This document shows positions 24,400-38,259 of a stretch of 64,000 nt of DNA, piece after piece. Positions within the stretch are counted from its first letter, which is position 1; every line of letters starts with the position of its first letter. Below the pieces are notes generated by a model. It was given only the letters and a program-made list of their open reading frames with translations. It did no database searches and had not been told where the DNA came from. This DNA comes from Leucoraja erinacea. Its lineage: Eukaryota. The DNA lies in assembly GCF_028641065.1 (NCBI RefSeq), contig NC_073407.1, positions 15,066,001 through 15,130,000 on the forward strand, read 5' to 3'. A program made the translations under genes and the position numbers.

Positions 24400-25140
24400 T
24401 AGACACAAAAGGCTGGAGTTACTCAGTGGGTCAGACAGTATCTCTGGAGAAAAGGAATAGGTGATGTTTCAGATAGAGACCCTTCTTCAGACTGAGAGAA
24501 AGGGGAAAGGGAAATAAGAGATATAGACAGTGATGTAGAGAGAGATGTAGAATAAATGAATGAAAGATATGCAAAAAAGTAACGATGATAAAGGAAACAG
24601 GCCATCGTTAGCTGTGGCCTAGGTGAAGATTAGTATAGACAATGAGAGTCAACAAGACGACTTTGAAGCTGGTAGGGCTTGGATGGGGGGGGGGGGGGGA
24701 CCCCCCTCTCGGATGCAAGAGTTACTTGAAGTTAGAGAAATCAAAATTCATACCACTGGGATGTACGCTGCCCAAGCAAAATATGAAATGCTGTTCCTCC
24801 AATTTGCATTTGGCCACACTCTGACAATGGAGGAGTCCTAGGTCGATATGGGAATGGGAAGGGGAATTAAGTGTTTGGCAACCGGGAGATCAGGTAGGTC
24901 CAGGTGGACTGAGCTAAGGTGTTCAGCGAAACGATCGCCCAGTCTACGTTTGTTCTTTATCTGTCCACATCACCATCTATATCTCTTGCTCCCTTTCCCC
25001 TGACTCTCAGTCTGAAGAAGGGTCTCGACCCAAAACTTCACCTATTCCTTTTCTCCAGAGATGCAGTCTGACCTGCTGAGTTACTCCAGCTTATTTGTCT
25101 ATCTTCGGTTTAAACCAGCATCTGCAGTTCTTTGCTACAC
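24400..25140 (-). mobile_element. Penelope-like element 3' part (GIY-YIG remnant) with inverted pseudo-LTR, nested in an older Rex1-type LINE (~24260-25700)
   Basis: Minus strand ~24720-24950 reads KRRLGDRFAEHL..., CKLEEQHFIFCLGSVHPSGMNFDFSNFK. Arms at ~24400-24495 and ~25005-25100 are inverted. Confidence 0.75.
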
Positions 25141-27209
25141 ACATTAAATACATAGCCTACACACATGAATATAGGGCTAAATTCTGCTCCAATTTACAAA
25201 ATTTGCAGATGACAAACAATGACAAGATGGAATACAGAGTCAGCAGCATTCTGTTAAGACAATAATCTCTCCCACAACATTAGCAAAACGAAGGAGCTGG
25301 TCAGAAAGTGGAGTCCATATCATTGGTGTCCATATCAATGGTGCTGAAGTGGAGATGGCCATGAGCTTCAAATTTGGAGGTGCAAATAACACAATCAATT
25401 TGTCCTGGTCCAACTAATGCTAAAGCCATGAAAGCACATTAATGCCTCTATTCTCTCAGAAGGCCAATAAAATTCAGCATGTTTTCAATGACTCTTACCA
25501 ATTTCTATAGATGCACCATAGAACGTGTCCTATCCAGATGCTGGTATAGCAATTGGTCTATCCAATTCTGCAATAAACTGCAGATGTGTAGGTGTAGCTC
25601 AGCCCATTAAACAAACCAGCCGCCTATCCCCCCCATCAACTCTAAATGCATCAGGAGAGCAGCCAAGGACGTTTTTCTCCCCAGTCATTCCCTTTTCTCA
25701 CCTACTCCTAATCTCACTTAATCTAAGAGACTATTTTTGCAAACTCATGTTCAGCCATTGGTTGCTACCTATAATCCAGTGGTGGAGCAAACTGATGAAA
25801 TCAAATTTGGCAGAGAACTCCGTACTCACTTCCATTCTTTGGGAACGACTAACTTACCAGTCTTTACTTAGTTGCCCGAGTGGCTGAACAATATACAATG
25901 AACTATTATCCACTAAAAGCTTCTGTTCTGCAGCAGTGCTTTTCAAAGCTTCAGGCACTTTCACTTGTAACAAAAGTACTGGCACTGCAGCATACACAGA
26001 GACTAAAGAAATTATGTAATATGATCAAACTAAACTATGCAATAGAATATGGTGGATACATTTTACTGTTCCAGACCAAGACAAAGGCTAAATTTCCACT
26101 AAAGAATGTTCAAACCTAAATTAGGATACACAAAATAGACAAGTGGGAAAATACAACAGCTGAAATGGCACGTAACTAGACAAAGTTAATAGGATGCAGT
26201 CTCAAGAATTACTGCTCGTCTCAATGCACCCAACCTGAGACGGCCAAGGTCTCCAGCTCTCAATCAATTATCTAACGCAACTTCATGTGCAGATTATATG
26301 AACAATGCAGGAAAGTAAGTAATTCTTATCTTATTTTAATTTCTCAGCAAGAACGCATTGTTATGATTTAAGAAATAATCTAAAGCTTGCGATGACAGGA
26401 ACAGCAGCACAAAAGGGGAAGGATATCAAATCTGTTTCAGAGCATGAATAAAATTACTTTTGATATTCTGTTGAGAGGATTATACTCTAGAAACTATTTA
26501 ATTTAATACTCTTGGCACACAATCTGCAATACCATTGTTAACTTTTTACAAGGAAGGCGATGAAAGAAATTTCACATACCTAAAGTGGATTCTCAAAAAG
26601 TGACATTGGATAAATTATTTATGTCCTTTGAAACAGATAGAAGTCCAGCCAAAATCTCTGGCTTGAGAGATAGAATTACTTTACCTCATTGTGGATATTT
26701 CATTAGGAATCAGGAAACCACATCTTTAAAATCGCTGAGTGACCTGAGCATTATGCAATCTCATCTGCACTGAAGTCTCACCAGCTGACTAGCAAAGGAA
26801 TCAGTAAATCAAGTGATTAATGAGAAAAATATTTCATAACTCAAAAATACTCAGAAAGATAAGACTGGATTTATTCTCTCCATAGTTTAGACGAATTTGT
26901 GGCGATAACATTGATTTGTACAAAATTCTTAAGCGACTTGAAAGGGTAGACACAGAGTGGATGAAGACCAAGGGCCACACTCAAAATATGGGTTGGCTAT
27001 TTAAGCCAGAAATGACAAGAAATTGCTTCACCCAGATACCAGTAAATCCTTAGAATTCAAGAGGGCTGTGAAAGCTCAGGTGTCGAGATTGTTTCAGAGA
27101 TCAGATTTTGAGATGGTAAGCAAATCAATTATATGTTCAGTGCCAGGAAATGGCACTGAGGTAACAGATCAGTCACAATCTTATTGAATGATGGAACATG
27201 CACAAATAT

Positions 27210-28270
27210 AATAGACAATAGATAAAACACTATAGGTGCAGGAGTAGGCCATTCGGCCCTTCGAGCCAGCATTGCCATTCAATGTGATCATGGCTGATCA
27301 TCCACAATCAGTGCCTCATTCCTGCCTTCTCCCCGTATACCCGGACTCTGCTATCTTTAAGAGCCCTATCTAGCTCTCTCTTGAAAGTATCCAGAGAACA
27401 GGCTTCCACAACCCTCCGAGGCAGAGAATTCCACAGACTCACAACTCTCTGTGAGAAAAAGCGTTTCTTCGTCTCCATTCTAAATGGCTTACCCCTTATT
27501 CTTAAACTGTGGCCCCTGGTTCTGGACACCAACATTGGGAACACGTTTCCTGCCTCTAGCGTGTCCAAACTCTTAATAATCTTACGCGTTTCAATAAGAT
27601 CCCTTCTCATCCTTCTAAACTCCAGAGTATACAAGCCCAGCCGCTCCATTCTTTCATTATATGACAGTCCCGCTGTCCCAGGAATTAACCTTGTAAACCT
27701 ACGCTGCACTCCATCAATAGCAAGACTGTCTTTCCTCAAATTAGGGGACCAAAACTGCACACAATATTCCAGGTGTGGTCTCACTAGGGCCCTATACAAC
27801 TGCAGAAGGACCTCTTTGCTCCTATACTCAAATCCTCTTGTTATAAAGGCCAACATGCCATTCGCTTTCTTCACTGCCTGCTGTACCTGCATGCTTACTT
27901 TCACTGACTGATGAACAAGGACCCCCAGATCCCGTTGTATTTCCCCTTTTCTCAACTTGACACCATTTAGATAGTAATCTGCCTTCCTGTTTTTGCTATC
28001 AAAGTGGGTAACCTCACATTTATCCACATTAAACTGCATCTGCCCACTCACCCAACCTGTCCAAGTCACCCTGTATTCGCATAGCATTGTTCACACTGCC
28101 ACCCAGCTTTGTGTCACCTGCAAATTTGCTACTGTTACTTTGAATCCTTTCATCTAAATCATTGATGTATATTGTAAATAGCTGCGGTCCCAGCATCGAG
28201 CCTTGCGCTACCCCACTAGTCACTGCCTGCCATTCTGAAAGGAACCCGTTAATCCCTACTCTTTGTTTCC
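27210..28270 (-). mobile_element. CR1-type LINE, ~1 kb 5'-truncated, relatively young
   Basis: 259-aa ORF with LYRALVRPHLEYCVQFWSP and RTRGHSL; upstream GV.QGSMLGPQLFTIYINDL. Confidence 0.9.
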
Positions 28271-29054
28271 AATGATCGATAAGATATTTATTGTTTCATA
28301 TCCTGTTAAACTAAGTCATTTCCTAATTGGATTCAAGTAGCTTGCAAACTGGTGGCCAATTTCAATTGTATACCTAGACATGCAAATTATTGGAGTACCA
28401 TCTAAATATGTATAACTAGCTCATGGTGACCCAAATTTAAGGTATCGGTCTACAATAGTTGACAGTCTACAAGAATTAGATGCATTGTTCACTTAGATTT
28501 TAGAAACAGTAGTGATGACCTTGCTGTTACATAGTTGACCATAAACTTGAATCAGAGTCATAGTTATTGAGCTGTTCCCGAGTCTGGTGGGGCACACTTT
28601 CAAGCTTTTGTGTCTGCTGCAGGTGGGTGTGGAGAAACATAGAAAATAGGTGCAGGAGGAGGCCATTCGGCCCTTCTAGCCTTCGAGAGAAGGAGGAATG
28701 ACGAGGGATCTAGATCCCACTGTAAACTTAGATATTCTTCCTCGCAGTCCACCATACCACTAATTTTGGCATCACCTGCAAATTTACTAATAATGCTAAT
28801 TACATTATTATTCAAATTATTAATGTAGATACAACCAACAGTGGATCCAGTAGAACTCCACAGATTACAAGTATGTAACAAGGCCATTTTGCGCAGAGTT
28901 TAGTTTAATCTCAGAAATAAAAGGTTCCCATAGGAAACTTTCACTGTTATCAAATTATTTCCATGCTCTATTTGTAATTAGTCTATTATGGTTGTACACA
29001 AAGCTGTTTTCTCTAAATTGTCTTGTGCGGTATTTCAGCTATTTTCTCACTCAC

Positions 29055-29178
29055 CGTGTTGCTGGCTGTTATCTGTCGTCAGATGTTCTGTGTGTTAAGC
29101 AAACAAGCTTTTCTGCTGGATTCCCACCAACTTTTGGCACCTTACTCTCTCTCTCCGCCATAGGAGCAGTTGCTGGCA
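29055..29178 (-). other. LRRC8A: LRRC8A non-coding 5' exon 2 (124 nt), contains a 30-codon uORF
   Basis: Acceptor GGGTTTTCTTCTGCCTTTCAG| before 29178 and donor ACG|GTGAGT at 29055/29054. Mammalian LRRC8A also has two non-coding 5' exons. Confidence 0.7.
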
Positions 29179-29809
29179 CTGAAAGGCAGAAGAAAACCCA
29201 GTGATGAAATGGCAAAGTAACATAAAGCTTAGTGTGAGTTTATGACACGACTGCACAGAAATGTGCACTTTACCCAGCCCTAAATATCAGGTACACAGGA
29301 GAGATTAGAGGCACTGTTTTCTTTGCGAGATTGTGGACAGTGTTGCTAATGGGAGGATTTTATTCTTTATTCTTTTCCTCTGTTTATTATGAACCAAACA
29401 AAAATAAACCCTTCGACAGATTTAAAAAATATTTAAACCTAAAGCATTCTAGAATATAATTTTCTACTACTGAAGTATGTACCTTGTATATATCTAGTGC
29501 AGCAGTAATCCAGAACATTGATACAAATATTTCAACACAGCATATCACACAGTATGGTTTATTATTGTCACACACATCCAGACACAGTGAAAAGGTTTTG
29601 TTTGCATACTATTATGTCAAATCTAACCATATTATGCATCAGTACAATCAAGCCATATACAAATATAACAGGTAGTGCAAAGAGAAATTTACCAGAGCAG
29701 AATATAGTGTTACAGCATTGTGGCACTACATTTCAGGAGAAAAAATACAATGCTCTCATTGGAAGATCAGACTATACCCTACCCTACACTTTAAGCTATA
29801 TATAGCTTA

Positions 29810-30090
29810 AGAGCGGTACAGCAGTAGAGTTGCTGCCTTACAGCTGTAGAGACCCGCGTTTGATCCTGATTAGAGGTGCTGTCTGGAGTTTGTACGTTCT
29901 TCGTGGGTTTTAATCGGGTGCGCCGGTTTCCTCCCAGACTCCAAAGACATGCAGTTTTGTAGGTTAATTGGTTACTGTAAATTGTGCCATGATTGTAGGA
30001 TAGTGCTAGTTACGAGGTGATCACCTTTCGGCGCGTGCTCGGTGGCCCAAAGGGCCCGTTTCATGCTGTATCTCTAATTTCTAAACTCTT
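29810..30090 (+). mobile_element. tRNA-derived HE1/V-SINE-type SINE
   Basis: GTAGAGTTGCTGCCTTACAGC head, B-box-like GTTTGATCC, core CGGGTGCGCCGGTTTCCTCCC. Confidence 0.7.
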
Positions 30091-32354
30091 ATGGGAGCAC
30101 CATGCAGTAGTCTGATAATAGCAGAGATGAAGCTGTTCCTGTTGCTTTCTAGCGTGTACTTGGAAAAGCAGACACATAAAATATCAGGATACCAAACAAC
30201 ACACAAAGCTTGAATTTTTTTTTTTTAAAACAGCTGACAAATCAAGTTCCCACATCAATCTTTTCTATTTGCTTTATTGCAGATGTCAAGCTGACAACTT
30301 GCCTCTCATTTACAATATTTAACTAGTTTGTTACAAGCACATGCGAGTCACATTATTCTAATATCCTGCAGTTGTAAAATTCTTCATAAAACTGTTGCTT
30401 ATTCTGAATTACTGGAAAATGAAAGCAATCACTTACATTAGCCATTGAGTTTTTTGAACTTTCATCAAGATATTTATTCTGACAGGTTAAGACCAGAAAT
30501 ATGAAAATACCCCACAGGCAAAACAGATTGCTTACTTTTACAGGTATTAATGGAGTTCATTAAAAACGAGAACAAATGGAAACCAAATTATTCAAATGTG
30601 TGTGAGCAGAGAAAAAATAAATCACTAGTTATTTACAAGATTCTGATTGTCGGCCTAAAGCAACAAAACCAGACTCTCTTTTTCAAAGATGGCGGCTGTG
30701 GAAGATGAAGGGAAAAATGTGCGGATGTGAACTCTCCTCCCACAACTGCAGAATGCACCCTGAAGTTCAGCGGGACATGGTGACCTTGTCGCACAGAAGT
30801 GGTGGGGCAACTGCTGGAGGTGATGGACGGCATGTTTGTGGTGATCATGGTGTTGGCTGTGGCGCCGCACTAGAGCAGCTGGATTAACGAGCAGCTGCAT
30901 GGAGCGGCGGTTGAAGGAACCGACAGCATCATGCTCGGCCAGACGGAGCCCCACTTCATTGACCCAATGTCGGCAGGACACCAGGCCTCAACATGAGAAA
31001 ATAAGAAGTTGCATATCTTCTTGGGCCAATATTAGACTTTTCAGAGACTTGGAAGTTGTAAGAGGGTGCTGGAATAGGGCTCACTGCATGCCGTTCCAGA
31101 AGAGAATGGACTGCACTCATGTATAGTGAGATTTGACTGGAAAACACACAGAACATGGATTTCAGTGCATCTCTACAAACATGCCAATAAATAAACTAAC
31201 AAACTACACCACATTCTGAAATACTGAATACATTCAAAGTCAAGATTGGGAAGCTTTTGATCTATAGGATCAGGATTATAGTGACTAGGTAGGAAAATGA
31301 AGCAAAGGCCATGAACTGATTAGCTATGAAATTATGGAACATTAAATTATGGAACAGCAGAGTAGGCTTGAGAGCTCGCACACAGAGGAGGAGAAGGGAG
31401 GGCCAGAGGCAGAGGAACCCCAGGCAGTTGAAGAGGTGAACACGCTCTGGAGGCATGATCTTCCCTTCTGTTCAAAGATACCATGAAAGTTAAGGGTAGG
31501 AAGGAAGTTTTACTTAGATCATTGATAGCAAACTGGCAGGTAAGATATATTTTAGGTTATTAAAGACTAATTGGATTGCTGTGTATATTCAATAGTCTCT
31601 AAAGCTCAATGTTAATTCTAAGGTTAAATAAGTAAGATGAACCAGAAAGCAGACCAAGATGAAGATTCAGTAGCCTATTTAAATATCTTAAACATTAAGG
31701 TTTCTGCACATCTAACAAAAGAAAATCTATACTAACAGCCTACAACTGGCAAATTCTATTAGATAACACTGAGCTGCATCTTTGGGCGGCTACCTTAATG
31801 TCGGTATGGTTTATAATCAACATTCTTGTATTTCCGTTTCATACGGTGTGAAAAATGCTTCTGTACAGAAATCAGAGCTTGAGTCTTCATCCTACAAACA
31901 TACACCTTCAGCAGAATGGATCATTTCTAGTGTGGGGATAAATGAGATTACAAAATGTTTTAATGTGGTTGATGATTAAGCTGTACAAATCCAAAATCTT
32001 CAACAGAATTTCAAACTAGGTAAATATTAACATGCAGATTACTTACTGCAAAAAACTTTTGTGTTAAGCTGCACAGCAAGTACTTATAAGTGTTCCAGAT
32101 TTTATTAATAGTCTCAAAGTTACTTTATGCCAGGAAGGAAAGGAACACAATTCCATATACGCCTTCATTTTCAAAATGGATATCCTGAAGTGGTCTGTTT
32201 TTGCAGGGCTGGCTCATAGTTACATCTCTACAATGTGACACCTCCTGATGTTCTTGCCTTACTTGTCATCTACCCAACATAAACCTTTTCCAAGTTGCAT
32301 GGAATGAAGCCGTTTAAGTGTTGCATATTGTAGACATTCAATTTCTATACTGCT

Positions 32355-33380
32355 GACAATAGGTGCAGGAGTAGGCTTCGAGCCAGCACCGCCATTCAAT
32401 GTGATCATGGCTGATCATCCCCAATCAGTACCCCGTTCCTGCCTTCTCCCCATATCCCCCGACTCCGCTATTTTTAAGAGCCCTATCTAGCTCTCTCTTG
32501 AAAGCATCCAGAGAACCTGCCTCCACCGCCCTCTGAGGCAGAGAATTCCACAGACTCACCACTCTCTGTGAGTAAAAGTGTTTCCTCATCTCCGTTCTAA
32601 ATGGCTTACTCCTTATTCTTAAACTGTGGCCCTGGTTCTGGACTCCTCCAACATCAGGAACATGTTTCCTGCCTCTAGCGTGTCCAAACCCTTAACAATC
32701 TTATATGTTTCAATGAGATTCCCTCTCATCCTTCTAAACTCCAGAGTGTACAAGCCCAGCTGCTCCATTCCCTCAGCACATGACAGTCCCGCCATCCCGG
32801 GAATTAATTAACCTACGCTGCACTCCCTCAATAGCAAGAATGTCCTTCCTCAAATTAGGGGACAAAAACTGCACAGAATACTCCTGGTATGGTCTCACTA
32901 GGGCTCTGCACAACTGCAGAAGGACCTCTTTGCTCCTATATTCGATTCCTCTTGTTATAAAAGCCAACATGCCATTCACTTTCTTCACTGCCTGCGGTAC
33001 CTGCATGCTTACTTTCATAGACCGATGTACAAGGACACCCAAATACCGCTGTACTTCCTCTTTACCCAACTTGATGCCATTTAGATAGTAATCTGCCTTC
33101 CTGTTTTCACTACCAAAGTGGATAACCTCACATTTATCCACATTAAACTTCATCTGCCATGCATCTGCCCACTCCCCCAACCTGTGCAAGTCACCCTGCA
33201 TTCGCATAGCATCCTCCTCACAGTTCACACTGCCACCCAGCTTACAAATGTGTCATCTACAAATTTGCTAATGTTACTTTGAATCCCTTCATCCAAATCA
33301 TTGATGCACATTGTAAATAGCTGTGGTCCCAGCACCGAGCCTTGCGGTACCCCACTAGTCACTGCCTGCCATTCTGAAAA
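32355..33380 (-). mobile_element. CR1-type LINE, same family as the 27.2 kb copy
   Basis: 151-aa ORF WQMKFNVDKCEVIHFG...LLQLCRALVRP; high similarity to 27230-28240. Confidence 0.9.
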
Positions 33381-33499
33381 GCAGGTGAGCTTGTGTGTTT
33401 TTTATTTGTTGATAAGTTCAGCCACTTTCTTGCAGTAAAGATAGAAAAAGATTTACAGCAGGCAAAGCAAGAGTCTGGAAACTATCGGGAGATTTGGAT

Positions 33500-34520
33500 T
33501 TGAATGTAGCATGTATGATTACTAAGTTTGCAAATGACATGAAAACCACTGTTGTTGATAGTGAGAGGATAGTGAGTCTTGGGTTAAAGACGGCTATTGA
33601 TCAGTTTGTAAATGAGCCAACGTAATGGCAGATGAAATTTAATCCCAACAAGTGATGCATTGCAGGAGGTTTATAAAGTGTAGCATATACATCAGAATTA
33701 GCAGGGCTCCAGAATAAGTTGTAGAACATAGGAACCTTGATGTACAGGCCCATTAATCCATGTGGTGGCAGCATAGGTGGTTGAGATGAAGAAAGCAGCA
33801 AATGAGACACTGGACTTCATTGTACAACTTCTAAAAACTTTATTTAAACCCAAGATAGACACGAAGTGCTCTAGTAACTCAGTGGGTCAGGCAGCATCTC
33901 TGTTGAAAAATGCTAGGTGAAGTTTCAAGTTGGTACCCTTCTTCAGACTGAAAGTAGGGGGGTGGTGGGTTGAAAAGAGAGATGGCTCTTCTTCCCCCCT
34001 CCCCAGCCCTTTCTTAAGCTTGAATTGGCTGGAGTATTATTTGCAGCTCTGGGTACTGCACCAGAGGAAGAGTGTAAATACACTGGAGAGGGTGCAGAGG
34101 AGATTTGCTAGGATATTGTCTGGGATGAAATGTTTCAGTTGAAGAGAGACTGGATACACTGGCATTGCTTTCCTTGAAGAGAAGGGCGTGAGGGCAATCT
34201 GATCAAGGTATGCAAAGGAGCATACGTAGTATGGTTAGTGAGAAACTCTCCCCATCATGGATGTCTAAAACAAAGGGCAGAGGTTTAAGACGAGTAAGAG
34301 AGCATTGGAGGAATTTTTTTGAAGACCTCAAGGGGTAATGGCAATTTGGAACACACTGCCTGAAAGGCGAGCAGTTATTATTTTAATGTTGTAGTGATTC
34401 AAATGAATCACTGCAACATTAAAAGCAGCTAACAATGTAAATGGGATAGTATAAAAAGCTATTCAATAGTCAGCATGGACATGATGGGTCGATGGCCTGT
34501 TTCTGTGCTGTGTGACCTTA
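33500..34520 (+). mobile_element. Old CR1-type LINE fragment with a nested Penelope-like arm (~33855-33950)
   Basis: KFANDMK, WQMKFNP.K and LERVQRRFARIL remnants. Confidence 0.6.
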
Positions 34521-37199
34521 TGGCCATTTACTTTAAAAAGGTAAAACTCCTCTGCACCATCTCTAGGGCAATCATGTTCTTCCTATGGCACGGCATCCAG
34601 AACTACAAACATTACTCCAGCTGAACTAGATCTAACCAATGTTTTTATAAAGCTGTATGATGATCTTGTACCCTATGTCACATTCTACTTAAAAATAAAT
34701 CTCAAGTTTATACTCAATTCTACCTTTTTTTTTAGTGTGTCATCCATATAAATTTTTCCAAGATTCAATAAATTATGTTGCTCCCTTACCTGTATGTCTG
34801 CTTCAAGCAGGCGATCCCTGTCCCTCCTCTTCTTTTCCAACATCCTTAATTACATTTAACAATCTGATGGGGTTGTCTCTAGAATGGTTATCTTTAAATC
34901 ATCTTTTAGCTAACAGCCTGAAATTTACTCCTTTATCATGGTAAAGTGTTCTACGATTAGAGTCTAGCTGAAAATAGGCCTCATCTGGGATAGAACTGCA
35001 AGTCTGAACCCCCATACGATGTCATCACTACTGCATCCATTACTGTTGTACAAAGTGGCCAAAGAACCACTGAGATGATATGCTTCTTTGATCTATTATG
35101 CATTTATCCATAGAGGCATAGAGGTGAATATAAATCGGCCCCGACTCCTCATCACAAGAAAAGCCATACATCCACTAAACTATTGTTAAAATGATATATT
35201 TAAACAAAGAGCAAATCAAACTTAATAACAAAACTTCAGGGATAAATTTAATGTTAAAAATTCTAAACAATGCAAAAACAGGGTGGGTGGCTGCTTGAAT
35301 GCTCTCTTAGACCTTGACTCCTGTGTTTTGTCATCAAGCTCACTACAACTGAACAATTACAATCACAAATCTTGGCAGTGGAATACAACACAATAGGAAG
35401 AGTCAAGTAAGCGAAGTATGATTTCAATGCAACTTCCTCTCATATCAGACTATCAGTCGGCTTCAATCTCCGCTATTTCTTCAATATTCTAATCCCAATC
35501 CACAGATGGATACGGCTTTTCCATTTAGAACAGGGACATTTTTAAACATTGTCTGTAAACCTTGCCTTGAACTTATTGTTCCTGTACACTACTGCGGCAT
35601 TCAAAAGCTCCATTGACAAGTCAAAATGGAAATTTTAAGATGATTAAAAATAGTTTGCTTTATAAAAATGTACTGATGTGTTGTCATGAAAAATATACTA
35701 AACCCCTCATTTGATTTATTTAACAAAAAACACACAAAAAAGCCAAGACTCATCATTTGTCACTAAGTTGTTGCAACTACCAACATACATATAGCCAATG
35801 TACCTTAATCATGGCTCAGAACACACTCCGTTGAACACTGAAGGGCAAATCCCAAACGTACAACTTCCACCTTCCATTAAAATCTGGACATAATGTGTTA
35901 TTGTCATTGCTCAATGTTAATTTATTTCAACTTCTTTGGTGCATAGGTCATTAAAAAAATTTGATTACTTGTAATCTCCTTTTGTTGCCCTAAGAAACAG
36001 GGCTGTCAATATTTCACAATTTGGAAGACACGTAAGCCACATTTGGAGGAGTAATTTGTTTTTATGTATGCAATTGCAAATTTGGCTAAAAAAAAACCCA
36101 AAATATTTCACAGCTCTTGGTCGTTTCTTCCTGTTTATAGATATTGTTGTAAACCAATGCATAACAATTCAAATATGCTGCAAAATCCTGTATTAATATA
36201 CCAAATGAAAATACTTCAGCAAGTCAAACCAGAACTAGAGCAAGCCAAATAGCAGGTGGAGAAACACAGTACATTTCCAATTATTCTTACTACAACATGA
36301 GCATGCAACATAAGTTTTTAAAATGAACTTGCCTGTTTCAGATTTGGTATTAATTTGTAAAGGACTTTATCACTTTCAAATAATAGTATGTGCAAAATAT
36401 AGTTGGACTTAATTTTCTCCAATGAAATAACCAATCATTAAAATGTTGGATGACCTATTTACAACACAAGGATTCCCAAGTCGGATCCCAGATTCCAGAT
36501 AATTGCTCTGCTCACACGGAAGCCACACATCAGCTCATATAAATGGCACTGAGCCAGCCAACTGCAACCAAGACCCCACAATCAGTCCACAGTCACCAAT
36601 GGAAAGACTGGAGTCCTGGTACTCAATGTACACGTTTCATTAATTCTCAGCCAAATCACTGGCTGCTTGATGATGAATACTGCTAATATGATGTATATAA
36701 CTGCTGCACTAAACATCTTCTTGCCAATGGCTATGTTCACAGCCCAAGGCATCAACATTTTGTTGAAGAAATAAATTTTGTCAATACAGATTTCCCACAG
36801 GGGATTGAGATCAATTACTGAATGTGAGGCCAACTGAATTAACTTGAAGATATATTAACCATCAGAGGTTGATTTTGAAAAAAGAGCGAGAGCGAGAGAA
36901 AGAAAGATATTAATTTGACCAATAAAATCCAACCCATTACTCAGTGAAGGGTGCTCTATTTCATAAGACAATATCAACAAAACCTCAAAACCACAGTTCC
37001 CACAAACTAGATTCTGATTACCAGAGCAAAAGATAAAGTACTGGAGAAACTCAGCAGGTCAGGCAGCATCTGTGGAGAGGACAGATAGACAATGTTTCGG
37101 GACACTTTTCAGACTCCAGAATCTGTAGCTTCTTGCGTCTCTCTCTTCCAATTGCCAGAATTATTTACCATATCCAAGCCTCCCAACTACAAACAACTC

Positions 37200-37702
37200 C
37201 ACAAACCCATTGACAGTCGCCACACGACACATATACAGTCAGTCCTTTTCATTGAAGAACATTGGTCTTTGTCTAAGACGGCAAAAAATTGCAGAGTGTT
37301 GTAAATGTAGCCTAATCCATCACACAGACCAGATTCAGAAAAGCAGCCAACATCGTTAAAGACTTGTCCCATCCTGATCATTCCCTCTTCTCCCTGCTCC
37401 CATCTGGTAGAAGGCATAGAAGCTTGAAAGCACATGCTTCAGAATGGTCCTTCCATCAGCAGGGTATTGTCTGATTCACCTCTATTCCATTGTGGACATT
37501 GGACTTTGTCTAATGAACTGATGTGCTACGATGCTGAGAACTATATTCTGCAATGTGTATCATCTATTTTGTTCTATCTATTTTACTTGAGTTTAACTTG
37601 ATTGTATTTATATCTGTTATTATCCATTGCTTGGATAGCATGCAAAACAAAGCTATTCACTGTACCCCAGTATAAATGACAGTAGTAAATCTAAACCTAA
37701 AA
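37200..37702 (+). mobile_element. Rex1-type LINE 3' end (related copy ~57560-57860; reverse copies ~29550-29800 and ~63220-63480)
   Basis: Remnant ..LLPSGRRHRSLKAH, shared 3' UTR, (CTAAA)n tail. Confidence 0.55.
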
Positions 37703-38259
37703 TAAACATTGAAAAGTTTCAGCTGTAGGCTTACAACAATGAGTGACCCATTTGTTTTGCTACAATCAACAGACCCAGTAATCCCCAGAATAACCATCTA
37801 CGCTTTGGCTGCAATGGTCATTCCAAGCTCCCGGTTGCATACCATGACAACTTCCCTTACCATTCCCACAACAACCTGCCCATCCTTGGCCTTCTTCATT
37901 GCCAGGGTGATGTCAAATGTAAACTGGAGGAACGACACCTTACATGTCCATCATCCTACATCAATCTACCTCGCGTCTACTAGCCAGTACGTCCTCCCTT
38001 CCTCTTTATATTGGCTACCTTCCCTCTCCACTGTCAATCCTGATGCAGGGTCTCAACTCAAATTCCTTCCACCTTTCAGATGCTGCTCAACCTGTGGAGT
38101 TCCTCCAGTGGTTTGGCGCTTTTGAGCCAGATTCCAGCATCTGTAGTCTCCATTCTATTTCCCTTCCCCAGAGTATGGTGCGCTGGTCATTTGCCTGACT
38201 CTAGATTGCCAGCCATTCCCATTCCACCAGATCTCGAGCTATTAGTCACTCTCCTTCAC

